From NCBI GenBank assembly GCA_041659065.1, contig JBAZYY010000001.1, forward strand, positions 274,228-338,227: a stretch of DNA of 64,000 nt. Reading direction: 5' to 3'. Within the stretch, counting starts at the first letter, position 1. Each line of letters opens with the position of its first letter. This DNA comes from Parcubacteria group bacterium. Its GTDB lineage: Bacteria > Patescibacteriota > Minisyncoccia > Moranbacterales > UBA11712. This document shows positions 1 through 9,811 of this stretch, piece after piece. The notes below the pieces were generated by a model. That model was not told where the DNA came from, ran no database searches, and saw only the letters and a list, made by a program, of their open reading frames with translations. Both the position numbers and the translations under genes were made by a program.

Positions 1-1497
1 AAGGATCGTTTTTGTTCGAACAGCAGCCCGGAATATTTCTTCCAGATCCAGCTCATAGCCGGCTCTTTGATGAATCACGCGTCCCGTGGGGTGGGAAATA
101 ATGTCCACGTGCGAATTTTCCATCGCGCGGACCAATCTTTTGGTCATTTCAGCCTTTGGCATTTTGAAATTCGAATGGATTGAACCCAACACAATATCAA
201 ATTTCGCGAGATACTTGTCAGCAAGCGCGATTGTTCCATCCGGATTGATATCTACTTCGCAACCTTTGAAAATCTTAATGCCTGCCAACTCTTTGTCGAC
301 TTTTTCAATCTCTCGCCATTGCCTTTCGATTGTCTTTACGTCCATTGCGCCCGCGATTTTCAGATGCCCTACGTGATCCGTGATCGCAATATATTTTCTG
401 CCCAGTTTTTTTGCCGCTTCCGCCATTTCCAAGACCGTATGCGCACCGTCCGAATAGGTCGTATGCATCTGGAGGTCCGCTATCACATCTTCATATCCGA
501 CTATATGGGGCAACTCGTGTTTTTGGGCGAGCTCGATTTCTCCCCGGTTCTCGCGCATTTCCGGCGGCATCCAATCCAGCCCCAACTTTTTATATATTTC
601 TTCCTCCGTTTTTCCGGCGATCAGTTTGCCCCGCGAATCAAACAGTCCGTATTCATTTAGCTTCCATCCTTTCTTGATGGCAATTTTTCGGAGTTCAATA
701 TTATGGTCCTTGTTTCCCGTAAAATATTGCATCGCCGCGCCAAAAGATTTTTCAGGAACAACCCGCAAGTCCGCGTCAATCCCGCTATCCAGCCGTACGC
801 TGGTTTTGGTGTCGCCTTTTGCGATAATTTTCTCAACATTCGGCATCGAGGAAAAATATTCCATAACCGCGGATGAGTCCTCGGCCTGAGCCAGGATATC
901 AATGTCGCCGACTGTTTCTTTCCGCCGCCGGAAAGATCCGCAAGTGATGATTTTTTCCGCGCCGGAAACAGAAGCTAGATTGCTTTCCATTTCGTGCGCG
1001 ATAGGGGAGACGTAGCCCAGAAGAAATCTTCCTTGGTGCTCGCGCGAAAGCTCAATGGAACGCAAAATATTCTCTTCCGATTTTTCGCCAAAGCGGGGGA
1101 GAGCGCGTATCTTCCCTGCCCTGGCCGCTTTTTCAAGGTCCTTTATATTTTTTATGCCAAGATTGTCATAAAGCGCCATCAGCATTTTCGGCCCGACACC
1201 TTCAACCGCGGAGAAGCTTTCGAGATCGAGGGGAGCTTCCTTTTTCAGCCCTTCAAACACTTTTATCTTCCCTGTCTTTATATATTCTTCAATGTGTTCA
1301 GCGAGACCCCTTCCTATCCCCTGAATTCCCATCAAGCCTTTCAATCCGTCTTTTTCATAGATTTTTTCAAGGTCATCCTCCATTCCATCGATAAGCCTGG
1401 CAGCCCGCTCATAAGCCCGGGGTCGAAATTTGTCGTTCTTCATCATGTAATACTGAGCCATCTGATTGAATATTTTCGCGATTTTGAGATTTAGCAT
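1..1497 (-). CDS. polX: DNA polymerase X family / PHP domain protein, 3' end runs off the window
   Basis: Manual translation from ATG at 1497 gives MLNLKIAKIFNQMAQYYMMKNDKFRPRAYERAARLI..., then GSFRRRKETVGDIDIL (PolX catalytic motif) and GDLQMHTTYSDG (PHP motif). Absent from the ORF track because no stop is in the window. Confidence 0.92.
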   Translation of the reverse strand, partial: MLNLKIAKIFNQMAQYYMMKNDKFRPRAYERAARLIDGMEDDLEKIYEKDGLKGLMGIQGIGRGLAEHIEEYIKTGKIKVFEGLKKEAPLDLESFSAVEGVGPKMLMALYDNLGIKNIKDLEKAARAGKIRALPRFGEKSEENILRSIELSREHQGRFLLGYVSPIAHEMESNLASVSGAEKIITCGSFRRRKETVGDIDILAQAEDSSAVMEYFSSMPNVEKIIAKGDTKTSVRLDSGIDADLRVVPEKSFGAAMQYFTGNKDHNIELRKIAIKKGWKLNEYGLFDSRGKLIAGKTEEEIYKKLGLDWMPPEMRENRGEIELAQKHELPHIVGYEDVIADLQMHTTYSDGAHTVLEMAEAAKKLGRKYIAITDHVGHLKIAGAMDVKTIERQWREIEKVDKELAGIKIFKGCEVDINPDGTIALADKYLAKFDIVLGSIHSNFKMPKAEMTKRLVRAMENSHVDIISHPTGRVIHQRAGYELDLEEIFRAAVRTKTIL

Positions 1498-1531
1498 GGT
1501 ATTTTTCTTTATTACAAAATGACTCCCGCTT

Positions 1532-4348
1532 TTATTTACCATTTCCCGCTTTTCTGGCTTCTTCAAAAATAAACACTGTCAATGTTGCGCCGACTACAAC
1601 CATCCAATCCCAAAAATCAATCGGCGCCATATGCAGGCTCTTCTGAAAAAATGGCACATACATGAATGAAATCAACATTCCCACCGAAATGACTATGGCT
1701 CCGATAGCGTATTTATTTTTGAAAAATCCAATTTTGAAAACCGAAAGTTTTTCCGACCTGGCTTGCATCAGGTTTGCCATCTGGGTCATCGCCAGTACCG
1801 CATAGGTTGTCGCGGTAGATTTGATGTAAAGTGCCGAGTTAAAGTCTATTTTTTGTCCGAAATCCCAGCCTCCCCGTTTCATTGACCATAAAAAGGCAAA
1901 AATAGCTCCGACTGTCATGATAAACCCGACGTAAATCAGTCTCAGAAACCCACCCGAACCGATAAGGCGTTCCTTGGGATCAAAAGGCTTCTTTTTCATA
2001 ATTCCCGGTTCAGCCGGCTCCAAACCCAAAGCAAGCGATGGAAAAATATCAGTACCCAAATCAATAGCCAAAATCTGAACTGCCGTGATAGGGGATGGGA
2101 TTGAGAGCAGAGTCCCGAATATCACCGTGAGAAATTCGCTGGAATTCGAAGAGAACACGTAATATATGAATTTTCTTATGTTCTGATAAATAGTCCGTCC
2201 TTCTTTGATACCGGCGACAATTGAGGCGAAGTTGTCATCAAGTAGGATCATGTCCGCGGCTTCCTTGGAAACGTCAGTTCCGATCTTCCCCATCGCGACA
2301 CCGATATCCGCCCGCTTAAGCGCCGGCGCGTCATTTACACCGTCTCCGGTCATCGCTATCACAGCTCCGGATTTTTTTAGGGCGCCGGCAATTCTCAATT
2401 TTTGCTCAGGCGTGATGCGGGCAAAAACAGAAACGCCGTTTCTTATCCTTTTTATAATCTCGCTATCCGACAAGGCATTTAGCGTTCTTCCATTTATAAC
2501 AAAATTATTTTTGTCATTTATGTTTTGGATTTCATTTGAAATTTTATCGGATATTTGGGATTGGGAATTAGTATCCAGTAAACCGACTTGTTTTGCAATT
2601 GCTGCCGCAGTCACTTCATAGTCTCCCGTGATCATAATTACTTTTATGCCGGATTCTTGACACTCCCTTATCGCCTTGGCGACATCCGATCTTGGAGGAT
2701 CGATCATAGCCATCATTCCGACCCAGATTAAATCTTTCTCGGCATCACCGATTGAAATTTTTTGCGAGCCTGTCTTATCAAGGCTGGAAATTTTGACAGG
2801 CCGATAGGCGAAAGCTAAAACTCGAAGCGCCTCAGCCGACATTCGGTCATAAATTTCTTTTATTTTCTTTTTTTCGCCATCAGAGAAGGGGACTATCCCC
2901 TTTTCAGTTAATTTTTTGGGGGAGAGGCCCAGCAGCGCGTCCGGCGAGCCTTTAACAAAGGAAAACAGCCCTTTTTTGCCGGCTTGCTTATTTTCAAAAA
3001 CAACGCTCATGCGCATCCTTTCAGATTCGAAGGGATTTTCATCAATCTTGGTCTCCCCTGTTTCGTAAAATTTTTCGTCAGAATTATATTTTCTGGCCGC
3101 CACAACCAGCGCTCCCTCCGTGGGGTCGCCGATAATCTTATAGTTTTCACCCTCTTTTACTAAACTCGCGTCGTTGCAGAGCGCCCCGATCTTAAGAATA
3201 AAATCAAGATTCATTATATCTTTCGGATCTGCCGGCGCCCCCTGCAATAAAAATTTGCCAACCGGGCTATACCCTTCTCCGCTTACTTCAATTTCTTTTT
3301 CATCTAAAATAATTTTCGTTACCATGAGCTCGTTTTTTGTGATCGTCCCGGTCTTATCTGTGCAAACTATGTTCACCGAGCCTAAGGTCTCAACTGCGAT
3401 TAATTTTTTTACGAGCACCTTGACCTTTAATAATTTTTTCATTCCCAGCGAAAGAGCAATGGAAAGCGCGGCCGGTAGCCCTTCCGGCACCACTGAAACG
3501 GCCACGGCCAGGGCAAAAAGGAAATTTTGATACCATGACAGCTTATGAAACCCTCCTGCCACCACCACCGCAAGCGCGATTAAAGCCGCGAGAATCGAAA
3601 CGTCTCTGCCAAGTGTCCGCATTTTTTTCTGGAGCGGAGTAAGTTCATCCGTAATCTCCGTAGCAAGCTGGGCGATCTTGCCAAGTTCCGTCCTCATTCC
3701 CGTTCCTGTTACGATAAATTTTGCCTCCCCCATTGTTATCTGTTCCCCTGTGAAAACCATATTGCTGATATCCGCAATCGGCAAATTTTTTTCAGCGCAA
3801 ATTTCAGCCCCTTTTTTTTCGGGCTTTGATTCCCCCGTGAAAATAAAGCTATTCGTGTGAAAGTTGTAGCTTTCAACGATGTACCCGTCTGCCGGCACGC
3901 TATCCCCACTAGCAACAAAAACGATATCCCCTGGCACGATTTTTGAAGCTTCGATTTCATATTTTCTTCCATTTCGGAAAACAGTCGCTTTATCCGACGC
4001 CAAATTTTGTATCCGATCCATGATTCTTTCCGCCTTCCATTCCTGCGTGAATCCAATAATCGCGTTTAAAAAAACGATAATCAAAATTATCGTAACATCG
4101 CGATATTCTCCGAATAAAAGCGCCAGAATCGCCGCGACTAAAAGAATCCACACTAAGGCGTCGTTAAATTGATGCCCGGCTAATTTAGCCCAGCGCCATC
4201 TTTGTTTTTTTTCAATCCTGTTCGGACCGTATTCTTTTAACCTTTCACCGGCTTCCTTATCCAAAAGGCCATCCAGGCTGGTAGAAAATTTTCGAAATAT
4301 CTCTTTTGGAGAAAGATTGTATATATTTTGCTTCGCTTGCGCGGCCAT
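1532..4348 (-). CDS. Cation-transporting P-type ATPase (type II, Ca2+/Na+-like)
   Basis: TGES, PEGL, DKTGT, KGSPD, DPPR, MITGD and TGDGVNDAPALK motifs. Start placed at MAAQAK, 6 nt after TATAAT. Confidence 0.95.
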   Translation of the reverse strand: MAAQAKQNIYNLSPKEIFRKFSTSLDGLLDKEAGERLKEYGPNRIEKKQRWRWAKLAGHQFNDALVWILLVAAILALLFGEYRDVTIILIIVFLNAIIGFTQEWKAERIMDRIQNLASDKATVFRNGRKYEIEASKIVPGDIVFVASGDSVPADGYIVESYNFHTNSFIFTGESKPEKKGAEICAEKNLPIADISNMVFTGEQITMGEAKFIVTGTGMRTELGKIAQLATEITDELTPLQKKMRTLGRDVSILAALIALAVVVAGGFHKLSWYQNFLFALAVAVSVVPEGLPAALSIALSLGMKKLLKVKVLVKKLIAVETLGSVNIVCTDKTGTITKNELMVTKIILDEKEIEVSGEGYSPVGKFLLQGAPADPKDIMNLDFILKIGALCNDASLVKEGENYKIIGDPTEGALVVAARKYNSDEKFYETGETKIDENPFESERMRMSVVFENKQAGKKGLFSFVKGSPDALLGLSPKKLTEKGIVPFSDGEKKKIKEIYDRMSAEALRVLAFAYRPVKISSLDKTGSQKISIGDAEKDLIWVGMMAMIDPPRSDVAKAIRECQESGIKVIMITGDYEVTAAAIAKQVGLLDTNSQSQISDKISNEIQNINDKNNFVINGRTLNALSDSEIIKRIRNGVSVFARITPEQKLRIAGALKKSGAVIAMTGDGVNDAPALKRADIGVAMGKIGTDVSKEAADMILLDDNFASIVAGIKEGRTIYQNIRKFIYYVFSSNSSEFLTVIFGTLLSIPSPITAVQILAIDLGTDIFPSLALGLEPAEPGIMKKKPFDPKERLIGSGGFLRLIYVGFIMTVGAIFAFLWSMKRGGWDFGQKIDFNSALYIKSTATTYAVLAMTQMANLMQARSEKLSVFKIGFFKNKYAIGAIVISVGMLISFMYVPFFQKSLHMAPIDFWDWMVVVGATLTVFIFEEARKAGNGK

Positions 4349-4384
4349 ATCTGAATTATAGCCCAAACAAAGCCTAAAACAAAA

Positions 4385-4411
4385 TCTAGGGCGAATAATC
4401 ATCGCCCTAGA
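4385..4411. terminator. Stem-loop downstream of htrA, possible terminator
   Basis: Inverted repeat tctagggcga...tcgccctaga, followed by a T-rich tract on the minus strand. Confidence 0.5.
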
Positions 4412-4448
4412 CAACTCAATAAAATATAGCTTGCCTGTTTGCCTTATC

Positions 4449-5729
4449 TTACTGTCTTGCTTCCAGCGTTATCTGGACCGTTTTTGTGTCTCCCTTGTGC
4501 CAAATGGTAAGCGTAACGGTGTCACCAACATTGTATTGCCCCAAAAGGCTTGCGAGCGAATGGTCGACATTAACCTTCACTCCGTTCACCTCAAGAATGA
4601 TGTCGTTTTCAACAATTCCCGCTTTATCCGCCGGGCTTCCGGGAATAACGGCGAAGTCCGTCACGGTCTGGCCGCGAACGACCAACGCGCCGTAATCAAA
4701 AGGCAGATTATTGTCTTTCTGGATTTGCTGATCAATAGGCATATAACGCACGCCGATATAAGGCTGGGTAATTTTCCCTTGGCTGTTCACGCTTTCAATG
4801 TCTTTTTTCACTAGGTTGACTGGAAGCGCAAAACCGATGTTTTCCGCGCCCTGCGCCATAGCTACATTGACCCCAATGACTTTTCCTTGGATGTCGAGAA
4901 GAGGTCCGCCTGAATTGCCGGGGTTAATTGCCGCATCCGTCTGAATAACTTGGCTTAGCTGTTCAGATTGGCCGAATCCGGAACCCGCCGAGACATTTCG
5001 CTTCAACCCCGAGATCACACCCTTACTTACCGTATTTCTGAATTCTCCCAACGAATTTCCGATCGCTATTACAGTTTGGCCGATTTGTAAATTTGAAGAA
5101 TCACCCAACTCCAAAACGGGCAGATTAGCCGCGTCTATTTTCAAAACACCTAAATCATTCGCGGGATCGATTGCCTGAACTTTTGCGTCATATTTTTTCC
5201 CATCGCTTGTCATCACGGTATAGTCGGCATTTTGATCGGATATAACGTGTTTATTGGTCACCACTAAACCGTCGCTCGAAACAATAAATCCCGACCCAGC
5301 TCCGACTTCCTGCTTTTGACTTCCGTTACTCCCTTGTCCTTGATTTTGACTCGGCGCTTGCTGCTGAAAGCCGAATGGATCAAAAAAAGGATCGGAAAAA
5401 AAGTCCGTCGCTTGCGGCACGTTCTTGGAAATGATAATGCTCACCACCGCCGGGGAATCCTTTTTTACCGCCTGGATTACCGCTGATTCTTCGTCAGGAA
5501 CACTTATGGTCTGAGTATTGGATTTGCTACTGGAAGAGGATCCTTTATTTTTGAAACCGGGAATTACACTTTCGATTTTCGGCAAAATCTTACTTTGACT
5601 CAAGCCTGCCGCCATAAACCCAAATAATGCTCCAAAAAAAGAAGAAAGGAGAAGGGAAACCAAAACTACAATGACAATTATCTTGTTAATATCACTCTTC
5701 GGCTTATTATTATTTTCGTTTTCACTCAT
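4449..5729 (-). CDS. htrA: HtrA/DegP-family trypsin-like serine protease with PDZ domain
   Basis: N-terminal TM helix, GSGFIV, TNKHV, QTDAAINPGNSGGPL, C-terminal PDZ (GSPADKAGI). Confidence 0.95.
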   Translation of the reverse strand: MSENENNNKPKSDINKIIVIVVLVSLLLSSFFGALFGFMAAGLSQSKILPKIESVIPGFKNKGSSSSSKSNTQTISVPDEESAVIQAVKKDSPAVVSIIISKNVPQATDFFSDPFFDPFGFQQQAPSQNQGQGSNGSQKQEVGAGSGFIVSSDGLVVTNKHVISDQNADYTVMTSDGKKYDAKVQAIDPANDLGVLKIDAANLPVLELGDSSNLQIGQTVIAIGNSLGEFRNTVSKGVISGLKRNVSAGSGFGQSEQLSQVIQTDAAINPGNSGGPLLDIQGKVIGVNVAMAQGAENIGFALPVNLVKKDIESVNSQGKITQPYIGVRYMPIDQQIQKDNNLPFDYGALVVRGQTVTDFAVIPGSPADKAGIVENDIILEVNGVKVNVDHSLASLLGQYNVGDTVTLTIWHKGDTKTVQITLEARQ

Positions 5730-5796
5730 CGATAAAATTGCTGTCCACTAATCATAGTCGATATCAATGGTTAATGGCCAATACTATATTAACTTA

Positions 5797-5979
5797 TTAT
5801 TTTTCGAGGGAGATCGCATTTACGGGGCAGCTACTCACGACCTCAGCACAATCACAGTCGCCGCAATCCTCCGCGATGACATGCGATTTTCCATCTTCAA
5901 TTTTAAATGCTTTTGGGCAAAGAGCTTCGCATGTCCCGCATCCAATGCAAAGTTCTTCATCTACTTTGGGTTTTGCCAT
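5797..5979 (-). CDS. Ferredoxin (single-cluster type)
   Basis: CIGCGTCEALCP...SCPVNAI; lies directly after the POR operon. Confidence 0.9.
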   Translation of the reverse strand: MAKPKVDEELCIGCGTCEALCPKAFKIEDGKSHVIAEDCGDCDCAEVVSSCPVNAISLEK

Positions 5980-6037
5980 ATTTTTCTTACGCTTATTTAT
6001 TACGCTATTATTGAAATATTTTTTCAAGACTCGGCTT

Positions 6038-6949
6038 TTATACCTCCGCTAAATTCACCAGTTCTTCCCAATTATTGCGTATTTCCTTTTGAATTTCCTT
6101 AATTACTTCCTCGTTTCCTGGTTTGAATAAATGTTTGAACCGGCCCTGTGTTTTGATAAATTCCTCAATCGGTTTCGGATTCTCAGTTGCCCAATTTATC
6201 TTATATTTGCCATTTTCGTATTCATAAAGCGGCCAAAAATTTGTTTCAGTCGCGAGCTTCCCTATTCGCACATATTCGGACGTGGGATATTTCCAAAGAT
6301 TCGTGCAAGGCTGAAGAACCAGCAAAAAACTTGGCCCTTCCGCCTCAAATGCTTTTTTCGCTTTCATTTCAAGGTCACGAAGATAGGCGGCATTCGATTG
6401 CGCCGCATAGCGGATATGGTGAGCAATCACGATCGACATCAAGTCTTTTCTTTTTTCCCCTTTTCCAAAACTGATTCTCCCGGCCGGAGTGGTTTCCGTG
6501 TCCGCGCCATAGGGCGTTGCGCCGCTCCTCTGCCCTCCAGTATTCATATAACCCTCATTATCATAACAAACATAGAGAAACTGATGCCCGCGCTCCAGCG
6601 CTCCGGAAAGACTTTGCAGCCCGATATCGTAGGTTCCACCGTCTCCGCCGAATGCAACGAATTTTATTTTTTTCCTTTTCGGAATTTTCCCGCGCTTTAC
6701 CAGTGCCTTGTAGGCTGTTTCCACGCCGGAAGCAGTCGCTCCGGCATTTTCAAACGCATTGTGGATAAAAGGCACCTTCCAGGATGAATATGGATATAGG
6801 GTCGAGGTTACCTCAAGGCAGCCCGTTGCGTTGATAACGACCACGGGATCATCCGTCGCGCCCAGCACTGTTCGCACAATTGCTGGAATTCCGCAGCCCG
6901 CGCAGGTGGAATGTCCGGGAGCAAATTTATTGGTTAGATTTTTGTTCAT
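6038..6949 (-). CDS. porB: Pyruvate/2-oxoacid:ferredoxin oxidoreductase beta subunit (TPP-binding)
   Basis: CAGCG, TGC and GGDGG...YDNEGYMNTGGQRS motifs. Confidence 0.93.
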   Translation of the reverse strand: MNKNLTNKFAPGHSTCAGCGIPAIVRTVLGATDDPVVVINATGCLEVTSTLYPYSSWKVPFIHNAFENAGATASGVETAYKALVKRGKIPKRKKIKFVAFGGDGGTYDIGLQSLSGALERGHQFLYVCYDNEGYMNTGGQRSGATPYGADTETTPAGRISFGKGEKRKDLMSIVIAHHIRYAAQSNAAYLRDLEMKAKKAFEAEGPSFLLVLQPCTNLWKYPTSEYVRIGKLATETNFWPLYEYENGKYKINWATENPKPIEEFIKTQGRFKHLFKPGNEEVIKEIQKEIRNNWEELVNLAEV

Positions 6950-8113
6950 TTATTTAAGTCCGATATATTTTACTTTTTCCTTGCTCGTAACCTTTAGATC
7001 TTCATAAACTTTTTTAATGTCTTTTGCGAATATTTCTCTTCCGCCCAAGCCATAAATATAAGAATGAATTGAGAATGGAGAACTGAGAATTGAGAATAGG
7101 CTATTTACTATTTCGCCATAGAGGGGCGCTACGCTTCCAAATGAAATTGAGCGGTCAAGAACAGCAATGCTTTTCGCCTTTTTTAAGGCATCCCCTATTT
7201 TTTCAAAAGGAAATGGCCTGAACAATTTTACTTTTAGCAAGCCCACCTTCTCTCCTTGCTCCCTTAGTTCATCCACAACAACTTTCACCGTTCCAGCCGT
7301 GGAACCCATTACGACGACAACTCTGTCCGCGTCCTCCAGCCGGTAACCTTCAAAATAATCATGCGCTCTTCCACTGATCTTCTGAAATTCCGCCGCAACT
7401 TCTCCATAATTCATCAGAGATTCTTTCATCGCTTCCGCTTCTTGGCGCTTAAACTCAAAAAAGGAATTCTGGAGACTGACAGGCCCGAAAATAACCGGAT
7501 TATCAGTATCCAACAAAAATTGTTCCGGACTATACTCACCGATATATTTTTTAATTTCAGCGGTCTCGATAATCTCGAGATTTTCTACGCTGTGCGAAGT
7601 TATAAAGCCATCCATAATAACCATGGCGGGAAGCCGGCTTTTTTCCGCGAGCTTCAGGGCGATAAACATATTATCGTAAACTTCCTGCGCGTTTTCAGAA
7701 AATATTTGGATCCAACCCAAATCGCGGACCGCCATAACATCTTCGTGATCCCCATGGATGTTTATCGGGCCTGAAATAGCCCGCGCGCTTACTGCCATAA
7801 GAACCGGCAAGCGCGAACCGGAAACAATCGGCAATACCTCACTCATAAGCATAATCCCCTGCGAGCTGGACGCGGTTACTGTTCGCGCCCCGGCCGCCTG
7901 AGATCCCATTGCCGCGCTCATGGCGCTATGTTCTGATTCCACCTGAATTATTTCCGTATCGGCTTCTCCATCAGCTACAAACTTGGCAAAAGTTTCAATG
8001 ATCGGCGTTTGCGGCGTAATGGGATAAACCGGCATCACATCCGGATTGATCTGCTTCAAGGCTTCCGCCGCCGCAGCCCCACCAGTAAGAGCAATTTTTT
8101 TAAAATTATTCAT
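6950..8113 (-). CDS. porA: Pyruvate/2-oxoacid:ferredoxin oxidoreductase alpha subunit
   Basis: YPITPQT, VESEHSAM, SSSQG and YGLGGR motifs. Confidence 0.93.
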   Translation of the reverse strand: MNNFKKIALTGGAAAAEALKQINPDVMPVYPITPQTPIIETFAKFVADGEADTEIIQVESEHSAMSAAMGSQAAGARTVTASSSQGIMLMSEVLPIVSGSRLPVLMAVSARAISGPINIHGDHEDVMAVRDLGWIQIFSENAQEVYDNMFIALKLAEKSRLPAMVIMDGFITSHSVENLEIIETAEIKKYIGEYSPEQFLLDTDNPVIFGPVSLQNSFFEFKRQEAEAMKESLMNYGEVAAEFQKISGRAHDYFEGYRLEDADRVVVVMGSTAGTVKVVVDELREQGEKVGLLKVKLFRPFPFEKIGDALKKAKSIAVLDRSISFGSVAPLYGEIVNSLFSILSSPFSIHSYIYGLGGREIFAKDIKKVYEDLKVTSKEKVKYIGLK

Positions 8114-8126
8114 GATATAAAAAATT

Positions 8127-8822
8127 TTACAGTCTCCTAGAAAAATCAACAAAGTCTAATATGTTATTTGCCAGATCAGTGAATGTTATCTTGATTTTTT
8201 TCTCCCTATGATCGATAAGCACCTTATAATTCATCATGCCAGGATTAATATTATAACCAAACACTTCTGAGAGATGATTACACACTTCATCAACATAATC
8301 AGATATTTTCCATCTTCCACTAATTTCCGACATGTTTTCGTTAAAATTTTTTCCCGGAATCCAGCTTCTTATCCATGAGCCAACCTGGTTATTTTTTTCA
8401 ATTAAGATACCGCATTGAGAAACAGAAAATTCTGGCGAATATTCCATTTTTTCAATTTTTATTTTTTTATTTAGGGGATTAATATTTTTGACTAGATATT
8501 TTTGTACGTCTCTCATGACCTCGTAATATTCTTTCAGAACAGGAACTAAGTCCTTCTTCTTTTTTAACCTTCGTTCTAGATTGTCATAAACTTTTACAAG
8601 CTGGGTTCGATCTTCAAAACCCTCCAGTTTCACCAGATAAACCGTCGAATCCTTTCCCGCATTTAAACTGTGGGTGCTAGAAATTTTATCTCTGAATCCC
8701 TCCAAGTATTTCTCGGCTTCAGATGACATGCTAAATTGCATTCCCTTCTGAGATGCTAACTGCATTTCTGGAATCTTCTTTTCTAACTCGGAATAAATTA
8801 AACTTTTTTTTCTTTCAATCAT
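8127..8822 (-). CDS. Hypothetical protein with possible kinase-like fold, inserted in the por operon
   Basis: 231-aa ORF from MIERKK fills the gap between porD and porA. AGKDSTVY...LVKVY resembles a kinase N-lobe. Confidence 0.6.
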   Translation of the reverse strand: MIERKKSLIYSELEKKIPEMQLASQKGMQFSMSSEAEKYLEGFRDKISSTHSLNAGKDSTVYLVKLEGFEDRTQLVKVYDNLERRLKKKKDLVPVLKEYYEVMRDVQKYLVKNINPLNKKIKIEKMEYSPEFSVSQCGILIEKNNQVGSWIRSWIPGKNFNENMSEISGRWKISDYVDEVCNHLSEVFGYNINPGMMNYKVLIDHREKKIKITFTDLANNILDFVDFSRRL

Positions 8823-8832
8823 GCACGGAGCA

Positions 8833-9105
8833 TTATGTATTTTTTCCCATTCTAATTGCTTTTTTGGGACAAACTGTCGCGCAAACTCCGCAGCCTTTGC
8901 AAAAATCATAATCAATATCCGCTTTTCGTTCAGAATCGTAATCAATTGCGGCTTCGGGGCAGAAAGGCATGCACTGCCCGCATCCAATGCAGGATTTTTT
9001 GTCGACGGTTGGCTTCATATATCTCCAATTGCCCGTAATCGGCGCTTTTTTGATATCATGCTTAATCACTGCGCCTTCTTCAATTGTTTTCCATTCCTCG
9101 CTCAT
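8833..9105 (-). CDS. porD: POR delta subunit (2x[4Fe-4S])
   Basis: TGNWRYMKP, CIGCGQCMPFCP and CKGCGVCATVCP. Confidence 0.93.
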   Translation of the reverse strand: MSEEWKTIEEGAVIKHDIKKAPITGNWRYMKPTVDKKSCIGCGQCMPFCPEAAIDYDSERKADIDYDFCKGCGVCATVCPKKAIRMGKNT

Positions 9106-9151
9106 AATTTTGCTTATTGTTTCAGATTTCTAATCATCGATCTTCGGAAGA

Positions 9152-9721
9152 CTAATAGCTATCGTAGGCTTTTTCAATCGCTGAAATATTTTTTTCTGTT
9201 TTTTCTGATCCTATTTTTTCCGCGTATTTTTCCCGAAACGAGTCCGTCAAACTCTCGAGTTTCACAATCTCTGAGATCTTTATGATTTTTCCCAGTATCG
9301 CTGTATTCGGCCTAGGCTCGCCAATAATTTCCATCGAGAGACCCGTCGCATCTATCGGATAAATATTTCCGACGTAGCCCGTCTTTTGCGAAATTGTACC
9401 TCTATCTTGAGTCGTGTTGACTATGAGAGTTTCATTTTCATCGAGATTATTGGAAACATTCGCGATTCCAAGCAATGTTTCATCGAGAACGGCCACCATA
9501 TCCGGATCTACCACCGGTTCGTGGGTGCGGATTGGCTCATCGGAAATCCTAACATAAGTACGCACAGGCGCACCGCTTCTTTCGGGACCAAAGTCCGGAA
9601 ACGCTTGTACAAATTTTCCTTCCGCGAGCGCCGCCTGCGCTAAAAGCTCAGCAGCAGTCTTGGCTCCTTGTCCGCCTCGAGCGTGAAAAATAATTTCAAA
9701 AATTTTTTTCCCAATTTTCAT
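9152..9721 (-). CDS. porC: POR gamma subunit
   Basis: FHARGGQGAKTA, FGPERSGAPV and PNTAILG motifs. Confidence 0.92.
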   Translation of the reverse strand: MKIGKKIFEIIFHARGGQGAKTAAELLAQAALAEGKFVQAFPDFGPERSGAPVRTYVRISDEPIRTHEPVVDPDMVAVLDETLLGIANVSNNLDENETLIVNTTQDRGTISQKTGYVGNIYPIDATGLSMEIIGEPRPNTAILGKIIKISEIVKLESLTDSFREKYAEKIGSEKTEKNISAIEKAYDSY

Positions 9722-9811
9722 AAAAATATTATAGCATAGAAGTACAATTACAAAAAGAAATCGGGCGATTAAACCCGATTTCCCAAAAACTCTCAAATCT
9801 CTATCTTAACT

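Noticed and set aside
86-1494. Plus-strand ORFs here, and most other short ORFs overlapping the annotated genes
   Set aside because: They are antisense or off-frame shadows of well-supported genes (here polX) and have no motifs.
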